DNA of 32,000 nucleotides, taken from NCBI RefSeq assembly GCF_042660085.1, contig NZ_JBHSTI010000008.1, positions 2,332,543-2,364,542 of the forward strand, written 5' to 3'. Shown here piece by piece: positions 20,532 through 31,166 of the stretch (position 1 is its first letter; every line of letters starts with the position of its first letter). The position numbers and the translations under genes are program-made. Below the pieces are notes generated by a model, which was given only the letters and a program-made list of their open reading frames with translations, made no database searches and had not been told where the DNA came from. This DNA is from Longivirga aurantiaca. GTDB taxonomy: Bacteria; Actinomycetota; Actinomycetes; S36-B12; CAIYMF01.

Positions 20532-22262
20532 CTAGCGCCTGCCGACGGCCCAGGCCCGGATGCGGTCGAGCCGGGCCTGGAGCTCGGCCGCGCTCGCCCG
20601 GGGCACCTCGGGCCCGCCGCACATCCGGCGCAGGTCGGCGTGCACCGAGGCCTGCGAGGTGCCGGTCTGCCGGGCGTAGGCGCTCACGCAGGAGGCGAGC
20701 TCCTTCTTGAGCGCCTTGACGTCGACGGGGGCGGCCGCCTTCGGCTCGTCCTTGGCCGGCTTCTTCGTGCCGCGGGCGGAGCGGAGCAGGTCGTGCACCT
20801 GGTCGGCGTCGAGCAGGCCGGGGATCCCGAGGAACTCCTCCTCCTCGGCTGTGCCCGGCGTGACGCCGGTGCCGAACTCGCCGCCGTCGAACAGGACGCG
20901 GTCGAAAGTGGCCTCGCTCTCGAGGGCCTCGAAGCTCAGCTGGTCGTCGACGAGGAGGTCGGCGGTGCTCCGCTCGGCGAGGGCCTGGGCGACGAGGATG
21001 TCCTCCTCGCTCCAGGTGCCGTCGAGGCGCTTGCCGAGGGCGTGGTCGCGCTCCTCCTCGAGCTCTCCGGCGAGGCGCAGCAGCAGCGGCACGCTCGGCA
21101 GGAAGACGCTCGCGGTCTCCCCCCGCTTGCGGGCCCGCACGAACCGGCCGACCGCCTGCGCGAAGAACAGCGGAGTGGAGGTGGACGTCGCGTAGACGCC
21201 CACCATGAGGCGCGGGACGTCGACGCCCTCGCTGACCATGCGGACGGCGACCATCCACCGGTCGTTGCTCTCGCCGAAGGCCGTGATCTTCTCGCCGGCC
21301 TTCGGGTCGTCCGACAGCACGACGGTCGGCTTGTGACCGGTGATGCCGTGCAGCAGCTTGGAGTACGCGCGGGCCTTGGTCTGGTCGCTGGCGATCACGA
21401 GGCCGCCGGCGTCGGGCACGTGCTTGCGCACCTCGGTGAGGCGTCGGTCGGCGGCGCGCAGCACCTGCGGGATCCACTCGCCCTGCGGGTCGAGGGCGGT
21501 GCGCCAGGCCTGCTGGGTGACGTCCTTGGCCTGGTCTGCGCCGAGGACCGCGGCGACCTCGTCGCCAGCCTTCGTGCGCCAGCGCATGCGGCCGCTGTAC
21601 GCCAGGAACATGACCGGGCGCACGACGTGGTCGCGCAGCGCGTCGCCGTACCCGTAGGTGGTGTCGGCGAAGCTGCGCGAGATGCCGTCGCGGCCGGGGG
21701 CGTAGGTGACGAACGGGATCGGGTTGACGTCGCTGCGGAACGGCGTGCCCGTGAGCGCGAGGCGGCGTGCCGCCGGCTCGAACGCCTCGCGGACCGACTC
21801 GCCCCACGACATCGAGTCGCCGGCGTGGTGCACCTCGTCGAGGATCACGAGGGTCTTGCGGTCCTCGACGCGACGTCGGTAGAGCAGCGTGTTGGCCGCG
21901 ACGCCGGCGTACGTGACCGCGATCCCGAGGAAGTCGCTGCTCGTGGTGCCGCGCGCGCCGGAGAACTCGGGGTCGAGCGGGATGCCGACCTTCTTCGCCG
22001 CCTCCGCCCACTGCGTCTTCAGGTGCTCGGTGGGGGCGACCACGACGATGCGCTCGACCACGCGCCGGTCGAGCAGCTCCGAGGCGAGGCGCAGGGCGTA
22101 CGTCGTCTTCCCGGCACCGGGGGTCGCGACGGTGAGGAAGTCGCGCGGCTGGCGCGCGAGGTACTCGTCGACCGCGGCCTGCTGCCACGCGCGCAGCTTC
22201 TCGGCCGCGCCTCGCGGGGCACGCGCCGGGTAGGCCGGGGAGAGGTTCGACGCGAGGGGCAT
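20532..22262 (-). CDS. DEAD/DEAH-box superfamily II helicase (conserved actinobacterial type)
   Basis: RAWQQAAVDEYL, VATPGAGKTTYALRLA (Walker A), LVILDEVHHAG (DEVH), LALTGTPFRSD, VSEGVDVPRLMVGVYAT, QAVGRFVRARKRGE. Confidence 0.93.
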   Translation of the reverse strand: MPLASNLSPAYPARAPRGAAEKLRAWQQAAVDEYLARQPRDFLTVATPGAGKTTYALRLASELLDRRVVERIVVVAPTEHLKTQWAEAAKKVGIPLDPEFSGARGTTSSDFLGIAVTYAGVAANTLLYRRRVEDRKTLVILDEVHHAGDSMSWGESVREAFEPAARRLALTGTPFRSDVNPIPFVTYAPGRDGISRSFADTTYGYGDALRDHVVRPVMFLAYSGRMRWRTKAGDEVAAVLGADQAKDVTQQAWRTALDPQGEWIPQVLRAADRRLTEVRKHVPDAGGLVIASDQTKARAYSKLLHGITGHKPTVVLSDDPKAGEKITAFGESNDRWMVAVRMVSEGVDVPRLMVGVYATSTSTPLFFAQAVGRFVRARKRGETASVFLPSVPLLLRLAGELEEERDHALGKRLDGTWSEEDILVAQALAERSTADLLVDDQLSFEALESEATFDRVLFDGGEFGTGVTPGTAEEEEFLGIPGLLDADQVHDLLRSARGTKKPAKDEPKAAAPVDVKALKKELASCVSAYARQTGTSQASVHADLRRMCGGPEVPRASAAELQARLDRIRAWAVGRR

Positions 22263-22362
22263 AGGGCGGTGAGCCTAGGCGAGTCCGGCGCCCGACATGC
22301 CGCCCCGGGTGGTGGGCGTGTCACCCCCGCGACGTGCTAACGGACCCCGCGCGAGTCGGCCG

Positions 22363-23673
22363 TCAGCCGCCCGCGGGCGCCAGCGTGGGGCGGCCGATCC
22401 GGGTCGCCAGGACCGCGCCGACCGCCGCGACGCCACCCATGAGCAGCCAGATCTCGGCGAAGGTCCACCCGGTGACCGCGTCGGCGGCCACGGCCGCGGC
22501 GTAGATGGCACCGGCCGCTCCGATGAGCATGACGGAGCCGACCGAGTCGCACACCTGCAGGGCCGCGGAGTTGACGCCCTGGTCCTGCGGCTCGGACAGC
22601 TCGAGGGTGAGGGTGGCGATCGCGCCGAAGCACAGGCCCATGCCCGAGGCGCCGACGAGCCAGGAGATGCCGCCCACCCACCACGGCACCGACTCCACCA
22701 TCGACAGCGGCATCGACAGCATGCAGAGCGCGACGAGCACCGCCCCGGCCTGCACGAGGGCCGAGCGCGGCACGCGGCCGTAGAGCCGGCCCTGCGCCTG
22801 CGAGCCGAGCGCCCAGCCGATCGCGCCGACCGTGAGCACGAGGCCGGCCTGGGCCGTCGAGACGCCGCGCACCGTCTGCAGCGCGAGCGGGACGAACGCC
22901 TCACCCGCGAAGAAGGTGCCGGCGAGCAGGCCGCGCATCATGACCACGGTCGGGAGACCGCGCGCGAACCGGAGGGCGCCGCGCGGCAGGAGGCGGTCGA
23001 GGGCGGGGAGCACCAGGGCGAGCCCGACCACGGCGAGCACCAGGCCGGCGACGCCGAGGCGGGTGCCGGCCTCCTGGAGCATCGCGAGGCCGGCGGCTGC
23101 GACGAGCGCGAGCCGCAGCCGTCCGCGGCGCGGCGGCGCACCGCTCTCACCGAGCGAGCCGCCCAGCCGGCCGAGCCGCGGGGCCATCACCAGCATGGGC
23201 GGCAGCACGAGCACCGGGACGACGAGGAACACCGCGCGCCACGACACCTGGTCGGTGAGGAAGCCGGCGATGACCGGCCCGATGATCGCCGGCAGCACCC
23301 AGGCGGCAGCGAGCAGCGCGAACGCCTTGGGGCGCAGGTCGTCCGGGTACTGGCGCCCGATGACGACGTACACCGCCACGATGGCCATGCCGCCGCCGAG
23401 GCCCTGCACGAGCCGTCCGGCCACGAGCACGGGCATCGCCCAGGCCAGGCCCGCGACGACCGCGCCGAGGCCGAAGAGGGAGACGCCGATCAGCAGCGCG
23501 GGGCGCGGGCCCGACCGGTCGCACCACTCCCCCGCCGCCACCATCGCGACGAGGCTGGCCACGACGTACCCGTTGAACGCCCACGAGTAGGCGCCGAGCC
23601 CGTCGAGCGCTCGCGCGACGACAGGCATGGCCGTGGCGACGCCGATGCCCTCGAACGCGAACATCGTCATCAC
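22363..23673 (-). CDS. MFS transporter (drug-efflux-like); annotated start uncertain, coding pattern extends upstream towards 23904
   Basis: GIGVATAMPVVARALDGLGAYSWAFNGYVVASLVAM...GEWCDRSGPRPALLIGV; upstream in-frame residues ...SDGLFSAQHRAFTVGIVTV complete TM1 but contain no ATG/GTG/TTG. Confidence 0.88.
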   Translation of the reverse strand: MMTMFAFEGIGVATAMPVVARALDGLGAYSWAFNGYVVASLVAMVAAGEWCDRSGPRPALLIGVSLFGLGAVVAGLAWAMPVLVAGRLVQGLGGGMAIVAVYVVIGRQYPDDLRPKAFALLAAAWVLPAIIGPVIAGFLTDQVSWRAVFLVVPVLVLPPMLVMAPRLGRLGGSLGESGAPPRRGRLRLALVAAAGLAMLQEAGTRLGVAGLVLAVVGLALVLPALDRLLPRGALRFARGLPTVVMMRGLLAGTFFAGEAFVPLALQTVRGVSTAQAGLVLTVGAIGWALGSQAQGRLYGRVPRSALVQAGAVLVALCMLSMPLSMVESVPWWVGGISWLVGASGMGLCFGAIATLTLELSEPQDQGVNSAALQVCDSVGSVMLIGAAGAIYAAAVAADAVTGWTFAEIWLLMGGVAAVGAVLATRIGRPTLAPAGG

Positions 23674-23900
23674 GGTGACGATGCCGACGGTGAAGGCCCG
23701 GTGCTGGGCGCTGAACAGCCCGTCGCTCGCGGTCGCTGGGGCGTCTGCCGGCTGCTCCGGCTCAGGCAGGGGCGCGGCGTGGCTCGGACGAGGTGCGTGC
23801 GCAGGGGCGTGCGGCGGCTCGTACGGCGTCGAGGTGGCCGAGACGTCCTCGACGTACTCGCCCGGGGTGTCGCGGTCGGCGTCGTCCCCCCGGACGGAGG

Positions 23901-24221
23901 TCAGGACCCGTCCTTGCCGTCGCCCTTGTCCTTCTTCTTGTCAGGGATGCCCTCGTAGATGCGCTTGCAGTCGGGGCAGACGGGGAACTTGTTCGGGTCG
24001 CGGCCCGGCACCCAGACCTTGCCGCACAGTGCGATCACGGGTGCGCCGGTGACGGCGGACTCGACGATCTTGTCCTTCTTCACGTAGTGCGCGAAGCGCT
24101 CGTGGTCGCCGTCGCTGAACTGCGTGTCGGGCCGGTCCTCGACGAGCGTGCCGAGACCGGTGTCGGGCTCGGCGAGAGGCAGGGGCTCGAGGTCCGGAGG
24201 CATCGTCGACATGCCGGTCAT
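23901..24221 (-). CDS. DUF3039 family protein
   Basis: MTGMSTMPPDLEPLPLAEPDTGLGTLVEDRPDTQFSDGDHERFAHYVKKDKIVESAVTGAPVIALCGKVWVPGRDPNKFPVCPDCKRIYEGIP; Cys-x2-Cys plus Cys. Confidence 0.88.
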   Translation of the reverse strand: MTGMSTMPPDLEPLPLAEPDTGLGTLVEDRPDTQFSDGDHERFAHYVKKDKIVESAVTGAPVIALCGKVWVPGRDPNKFPVCPDCKRIYEGIPDKKKDKGDGKDGS

Positions 24222-24261
24222 CGTACGACCGCCGCACCGCGCCCGTCCCCGCCGATCCCCC

Positions 24262-24303
24262 GCCTGCATTCACCGGCCTGCATTCACCGGCCTGCATTCA
24301 CCC
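24262..24303. repeat. 3 tandem copies of a 14-bp unit GCCTGCATTCACCG (third copy ends CCC)
   Basis: GCCTGCATTCACCG-GCCTGCATTCACCG-GCCTGCATTCACCC read directly, about 40 bp upstream of the DUF3039 start. Confidence 0.95.
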
Positions 24304-24413
24304 GCAGAGGACAGGATCCGCCCTTCACGGGCGTGTTCTGTCCGTTCTCGCCGCATCTGGTCGGGCGCCGCTGACGCGCGGCGCGGTACGCCGGCGCGAT
24401 CGGCGTACGACGG

Positions 24414-25004
24414 TCAGTTCAGCGACGGGTCGACCGAGGGCGTGGCGAGGAAGGCGAGATCGCCGGGCTGGCGGCGCAGCACACGGTGCCAGAGGTCGGC
24501 AGTATCGCTGGCGAAGACGTCGTCCGAGCCGCCGTCCACGACGTACCAGTCGCCGCGCGCGATCTCGTCGGCGAGCTGGCCCTCGGCCCACCCGGCGTAC
24601 CCCGCGAAGATGCGGACGGCCGAGAGCGTGGACGCCGCGCCGTCCGGGTCGATGTCGAGGTCGACGAGCCCGTAGGGCCCCGCGACGCGGCGGAAGCCGT
24701 CCGGCTCCGGGCCGTCGACCGGGCCGGGCAGGAGCGCGAGGCCGAGGGCGCTGTCCTCGGCGACCGGTCCGCCGTCGAAGACGACGTCGGCCCCGGTGGT
24801 GCGTCCGTCCCAGCTCGGCAGCACCGCGCCGACGGGCACATGCGAGGGGCGGTTGAGCACGACGCCGAGGGTGCCGTCCTCGTCGTGGTCGAGCAGGAAC
24901 ACGACGGTGCGCGCGAAGTTGGGGTCGGTCATCGCCGGGGCGGCGACGAGCAGGCGGCCCGCGTGGGGCAGCGCCGGGGGCACGTCCAGGGGCTCGAGCG
25001 TCAC
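24414..25004 (-). CDS. YqgE/AlgH (DUF179) family protein
   Basis: HAGRLLVAAPAMTDPNFARTVVFLLDHDEDGTLGVVLNRPS..., VFDGGPV, FAGYAGWAEGQLADEIARGDWYV. Confidence 0.93.
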   Translation of the reverse strand: MTLEPLDVPPALPHAGRLLVAAPAMTDPNFARTVVFLLDHDEDGTLGVVLNRPSHVPVGAVLPSWDGRTTGADVVFDGGPVAEDSALGLALLPGPVDGPEPDGFRRVAGPYGLVDLDIDPDGAASTLSAVRIFAGYAGWAEGQLADEIARGDWYVVDGGSDDVFASDTADLWHRVLRRQPGDLAFLATPSVDPSLN

Positions 25005-25162
25005 CCGCCCAGCATGCCAAACGTCCCGCCTCCGGGTGACCGGTGATACACGTCACTGTCTCAGTTCTCGAACGGAGGCTCGCGGCGCAGAGAGAGGCGT
25101 AGCCTGACTGTGCGTGAGGGATTTAGCACAAGTAGTGAGGGTGGTTCGGCCGCCCGGGTGAA

Positions 25163-25537
25163 GTGTTCATCCCGGTCGGTGAGTGCAAGGAGGCGGATCC
25201 CATGCCCCAGCAGCCGCTGGCCCAGGTCCCTGTCGACGCCACGTGGGAGTGGCAGGAGCACGGCGCCTGCCGCGAGGCCGACACCGCGCTGTTCTTCCAT
25301 CCGCAGAACGAGCGAGGGCTGTCCCGCATCCGTCGCGACCGGGCCGCCAAGTCGGTCTGCGCCCGCTGCGAGGTGCGCCTCGAGTGCGCCGACTACGCGA
25401 TCCGCGCCCGGGAGCCGTACGGCGTCTGGGGCGGCCTGACCGAGGAGGAGCGCGAGCGCATCTACGTGAAGGCCGCGCTCACGACCTACGGCCGCGAGAA
25501 GGGCGCCGGCCTCCGCGCCGCCGTCGACCTCCTCTAG
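25163..25537 (+). CDS. WhiB-family iron-sulfur transcriptional regulator
   Basis: WEWQEHGACREADTALFFHPQNERG...AKSVCARCEVRLECADYAIRAREPYGVWGGLTEEERERI (four Cys, GVWGG). Alternative start ATG 25202. Confidence 0.94.
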   Translation: MFIPVGECKEADPMPQQPLAQVPVDATWEWQEHGACREADTALFFHPQNERGLSRIRRDRAAKSVCARCEVRLECADYAIRAREPYGVWGGLTEEERERIYVKAALTTYGREKGAGLRAAVDLL

Positions 25538-25629
25538 CCCCACTTCTCGCCCTGAGGGTCGATCACGGCAGTTCGACTGCACCATCTGACCCGTGCTCGT
25601 GCTCGTGTACGGCGATGTCGATGTGCGTC

Positions 25630-26253
25630 TCAGGCTGCAGCGCGCAGCGCAGCCCTGATCTCGGCCACGACATGCTGCGGCCGATGGACGACGTCGTCCC
25701 ACGTGAACCTCAGGGGGATGTACCCCGCCAGGATCAGGCGGTTCTGCCGGGTGCGGTCCCGCTGGAACGCGACGTCATCGGAACGGAACGCCCGGCCGTC
25801 GAACTCGACGACCACCCGGGACCCCTCGAGGAGCAGGTCGGCGACCGTGCGGACGAGATCCGTCGCAACCACTCCTCCCACGCGAACGAGCTCCCGGTCA
25901 CGCACCTCGATGCGATGCGCGCGCAGCCCGGGGATACGAACGCGACGGTTGCGCTCGACGATGACGTGCAGCCCCGGATCAGCGGGAACGCGCAGCTGGT
26001 GGAAGCTCCCCGCGGTCGTATGGCTGACGATCACACCGAGGCCTCCAGCAAGACGCGCCGCGTGGGCCAACGAGGTCGGCGTCAGCCTCGACGCTGTCTC
26101 GACGTACACGGATCCGAGCACGACGCTCCAGCGCCGCTGCGCGAGGAGATGGCGGATGCGGAAGTTCGTGTACCCGGCCTCGACCGCCCGCGCCCGGGTG
26201 AAGACCCCTGCTTGCTCAGCCGCGACGGCCGGCGACGTACTGATGCCTCGCAT
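25630..26253 (-). CDS. AbiEi-like winged-helix + DUF559 (VSR-like endonuclease fold) protein, internally shortened
   Basis: AVAAEQAGVFTRARAVEAGYTNFRIRHLLAQRRWSVVLGSVYV...TDLVRTVADLL|LEGSRVVVEFDGRAFRSDDVAFQRDRTRQNRLILAGYIPLRFTWDDVVHRPQHVVAEIRAAL; ATG 26253. Confidence 0.7.
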   Translation of the reverse strand: MRGISTSPAVAAEQAGVFTRARAVEAGYTNFRIRHLLAQRRWSVVLGSVYVETASRLTPTSLAHAARLAGGLGVIVSHTTAGSFHQLRVPADPGLHVIVERNRRVRIPGLRAHRIEVRDRELVRVGGVVATDLVRTVADLLLEGSRVVVEFDGRAFRSDDVAFQRDRTRQNRLILAGYIPLRFTWDDVVHRPQHVVAEIRAALRAAA

Positions 26254-26434
26254 GGTGGGACGGTGACCGGTCCGCCGACAGCACGGTGCGACACGGAAGC
26301 GGCACCTGTGGATGCCCGGGCCGCGACCGTTGCCTGTGGATCGCGACCAGCACGCGACGCTCGCGACCAAGATCACGAGTAGGGGTCAACTAGTTCAGTT
26401 CACCTGCCGTGATCGACCCTCAGGGCACACACAG

Positions 26435-26465
26435 CGAGCCCGCCCCGGGGTGCGGGGCGGGCTCG
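26435..26465 (-). terminator. Terminator-like hairpin downstream of pckG
   Basis: 13-bp stem CGAGCCCGCCCCG / CGGGGCGGGCTCG, 5-nt loop, about 22 nt after the pckG stop (26488). Confidence 0.75.
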
Positions 26466-26487
26466 GCTGCTGGTGGAGCGGGTGGGA

Positions 26488-28302
<1,815 letters not shown>

Positions 28303-28551
28303 GACTTCGTTGTCCTATCGCAGAGGGGCGGATCGTCGTTCCATCTCAGGGTGCCCTAAGCGTGTACCGGTGCGAAGAGGAACCCCGTGTGAAGTACGCC
28401 GTACTCGCGGGTTGTGACCGGCGGCACAGGGTGCCGTGACCGTTCCGTGAACCGCGATTCCGTTGTGCCCCACGTAAGTAAGCGTTGTCATGAACGAACG
28501 CGAGCGCAGCCGAACGGGTGCGGTGTCACCGACCTCACACGTCGCGCAGGG

Positions 28552-30219
28552 CTACGACACGAGCGGGAACGTCGTCGTCACGAGGTACGCGAGCGGCACA
28601 CCCTGCACCACCGCGACGGACCACGGCAGACGCGCCCGACGCGTCACGGTCTGGCCGTACACGAGCAGCAGCCCGAGCACGATCGCCATGAGCGGCACGA
28701 GCAGCGTCAGGAACCCTGGCGCGCCGAGCACCACCACCGACGCGAGCAGGACGACGACGGCGACCACGCGCGTCACCAGGGCGAGCCACCACCGCGCACC
28801 CACGAGCCGGTCGTCGGCCCAGAACCACGCGATGAACGCGAGCTCGACCACGAGCAGCCACGACCGCCTGTCGCCCGCGAGGTCGAACGCCGACCACGTC
28901 ATGCGGCCGACGAGCCCGAGCGCCACCACGCCGTACGCCGTCAGCGCCATCACCGCGAGCACCTCGCGCAGCACGTACCCGGACGGCGCGACGACGTCGG
29001 CGTCGACCGCGCGCGCGGGAGGCAGCCAGGACGCACGACGGCGCACGAGCGTGGTCAGGAGCGCCACCACCGCGCCGGCGCAGACGAACCACACGATGAC
29101 GTAGCCGCCGACGGCGAGCGGCACGCGTGCGGCCACCCCGGCGAGCGCCGCCGCGGCGAGCGAGCCGACGGCCGAGGCCACCACCGCGACGCCGAGGGCG
29201 ACGAGCGCGCGCGGGCGGGGCGCCTCCGCCGGCCCGCCCTCTCCTGGGGTCCGCGCGGGGAGCAGCAGCCGCGCCAACGGCACGAACCCCACGGCCGCAC
29301 CGACCATGAGCAGCAGCAGCCACAGGATGCGCGAGCCTCCGGCGTCGTGACCGGACGACGGCGCGCCCACGGTGGTGTCGAGCCAGTCGAGCGTCTGCTG
29401 GCGCGTGTCCGCCGAGAACAGGATCGTGATGTGGTCCGCACGCGGCACGACGTCGGCCGCGCGCGCCGTGCCGTCGACCGGCGAGCCGTACCCCGGGCCG
29501 ACGACCCCGTCCGGGTACGCCGCCCGCAGCCCCTCGAGCGCAGCATCGACGAACCGCTGCTGCTCGTTGCCGCCGTACAGCAGCAGGAGGTTGCGCGGCA
29601 CCAGCGCGGAACCTGCAGGCAGGTCGTCGGCCGAGGGCAGCGACAGGGCCACCGTGGCGCCGAGCGGCACCTGGCCCTCGCCCTGCGACGCCGCGACGGC
29701 GTACCGCGTGACGGCCCCCGCACCCATGGAGTGGCCGACGAGCGCGATCGGTCGCGACGGCTCGGCGAACGGCTGCTGCGACGCCCACCGTGCGACGGCG
29801 GCAAGATCCGCGTCGATCGCGTCGGTCGCGACCACGCCGTCGCTCACGGGCAGCGGCACCGGGTTGCGTCCGTGCCCGGTGAGATCGGGCAGGACGACGG
29901 CGTACCCGGCCCGGGCGAGGGAGACACCGAGGTCGTCCATGAGCTGTGCCGAGCCGGCGAAGCCGTGCACCACGACGACCACCGGATGCGGCGCGTCGCC
30001 GTCCTCTACGAGCGTCGTCACCGGCACAGCGGTGTCCGGCACCCCGGCGTCGGCGAAGCCGGGGGCGACCGAGCGCTGCACGAGCGCGGTACCGCGCTCG
30101 AGCCCGGCGCTCTGGCCCGCGAGCACGAGAGTGGCGGGCAGCGTCAGCAGGAGGGCGACGAGCCCGAGCACCCACGAGGAGAGCCGCCGCGTTCCGGTCG
30201 CCGACCGAGGGGTGCTCAT
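28552..30219 (-). CDS. Alpha/beta-hydrolase domain fused to multi-TM membrane domain
   Basis: MSTPRSATGTRRLSSWVLGLVALLLTLPATLV; HPVVVVVHGFAGSAQLMDDLG; IALVGHSMGAGAVTRYA (GHSMG); at least 6 C-terminal hydrophobic segments; ATG 30219. Confidence 0.85.
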   Translation of the reverse strand: MSTPRSATGTRRLSSWVLGLVALLLTLPATLVLAGQSAGLERGTALVQRSVAPGFADAGVPDTAVPVTTLVEDGDAPHPVVVVVHGFAGSAQLMDDLGVSLARAGYAVVLPDLTGHGRNPVPLPVSDGVVATDAIDADLAAVARWASQQPFAEPSRPIALVGHSMGAGAVTRYAVAASQGEGQVPLGATVALSLPSADDLPAGSALVPRNLLLLYGGNEQQRFVDAALEGLRAAYPDGVVGPGYGSPVDGTARAADVVPRADHITILFSADTRQQTLDWLDTTVGAPSSGHDAGGSRILWLLLLMVGAAVGFVPLARLLLPARTPGEGGPAEAPRPRALVALGVAVVASAVGSLAAAALAGVAARVPLAVGGYVIVWFVCAGAVVALLTTLVRRRASWLPPARAVDADVVAPSGYVLREVLAVMALTAYGVVALGLVGRMTWSAFDLAGDRRSWLLVVELAFIAWFWADDRLVGARWWLALVTRVVAVVVLLASVVVLGAPGFLTLLVPLMAIVLGLLLVYGQTVTRRARLPWSVAVVQGVPLAYLVTTTFPLVS

Positions 30220-30297
30220 GGCGTCGGACGCTACCGCCGACGACGCGATCGCGCGCCCGCGCGGGCACCGCACCGCGTCACGGTGAAGCCGCGTGAG

Positions 30298-30867
30298 GTG
30301 GACGCGTCCGGCCGGGCGACCTGCGACGCGCGCGACCGCGTCAAACCCGCGAGATGCGCGAACGGCGCGGCCAGCGTTCCCGCATGCTTCGGCGCGCTGC
30401 GCTGCGCGATCGACAACCTCAACGGCGACAACGTCGAGCGGATCGGCTTCCCGCAGGGCAGCCGGCACGTCTTCTGCTACTACAACGCAGTGACGCCGCC
30501 GCCGGACGCCGGCACGATCGTGGTGCGCAAGCAGCTGGCGGCCGGGTCCGCGGGGACGACGGCCCTGCCCGACACGGTGGCGCTGCGCGACCCGACCACC
30601 TGCACGGTGGCCGAGACCGCGAGCGGCGTACGCAGCGAGGCCCCCGCGGTGACCACCACGATGTCGGTGAACGATGCGGACGGCGTCCGCACGACCAGCG
30701 CGTCGGTCGCGGTCGGCAGCGGTGAGCTCTCGAGCGTCGACGTCCTCAACGCGTACGACGCCCTCGCGCCCAGCGGTGCCTCGTCGGCGACGCCGGCGTA
30801 CGCGCTGGCCGGCCTGGTCCTGCTGCTGCTCGGCGCCGCGGCGTACGCCGTGGGTTCGAGGGCCTGA
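30298..30867 (+). pseudogene. 5'-truncated remnant of a Gram-positive surface protein (repeat domain plus degenerate sorting signal)
   Basis: In-frame ...CAIDNLNGDNVERIGFPQGSRHVFCYYNAVTPPPDAGTIVVRKQ...TTCTVAETASG...LAPSGASSATPAYALAGLVLLLLGAAAYAVGSRA*; no signal peptide or plausible start; start coordinate nominal. Confidence 0.5.
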
Positions 30868-30887
30868 GCGCGTCGCACGCCTGAGCC

Positions 30888-30950
30888 CGTTCCCGGGCCC
30901 GGCCCGGGAACGACCGAGCCCCCCTCGCCCGAAGGCGAGGGGGGCTCGGT
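30888..30950. terminator. Two tandem hairpins between convergent genes
   Basis: Hairpin A: CGTTCCCGGG (30888-30897) / CCCGGGAACG (30903-30912). Hairpin B: ACCGAGCCCCCCTCGCC (30913-30929)-CGAA-GGCGAGGGGGGCTCGGT (30934-30950). Confidence 0.85.
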
Positions 30951-30962
30951 GCGAGCGTGGTC

Positions 30963-31166
30963 TCAGACCGCGCGGACGTTCTCGGCCTGCGGGCCCTTCT
31001 GGCCCGTACCGATCTCGAACTCCACGCGCTGGTTCTCCTCGAGGGAGCGGTAGCCGCTGCCCACGATCGCCGAGAAGTGAACGAACACGTCGGTGTCCGA
31101 GCCGTCCGGCGAGATGAAGCCGAAGCCCTTCTCCGCGTTGAACCACTTGACAGTGCCCTGCGCCAT
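30963..31166 (-). CDS. Cold-shock protein, CspA family
   Basis: [67 protein letters not shown] (RNP-1/RNP-2 motifs); ATG 31166. Confidence 0.97.
   Translation of the reverse strand: MAQGTVKWFNAEKGFGFISPDGSDTDVFVHFSAIVGSGYRSLEENQRVEFEIGTGQKGPQAENVRAV

Noticed and set aside
20418-22340. 640-aa plus-strand ORF opposite the helicase
   Set aside because: Antisense shadow; composition bias only.
28414-30867. 817-aa plus-strand ORF
   Set aside because: The 5' ~620 codons are antisense to the alpha/beta-hydrolase membrane protein with low-complexity composition. Only the 3' end shows protein-family features.
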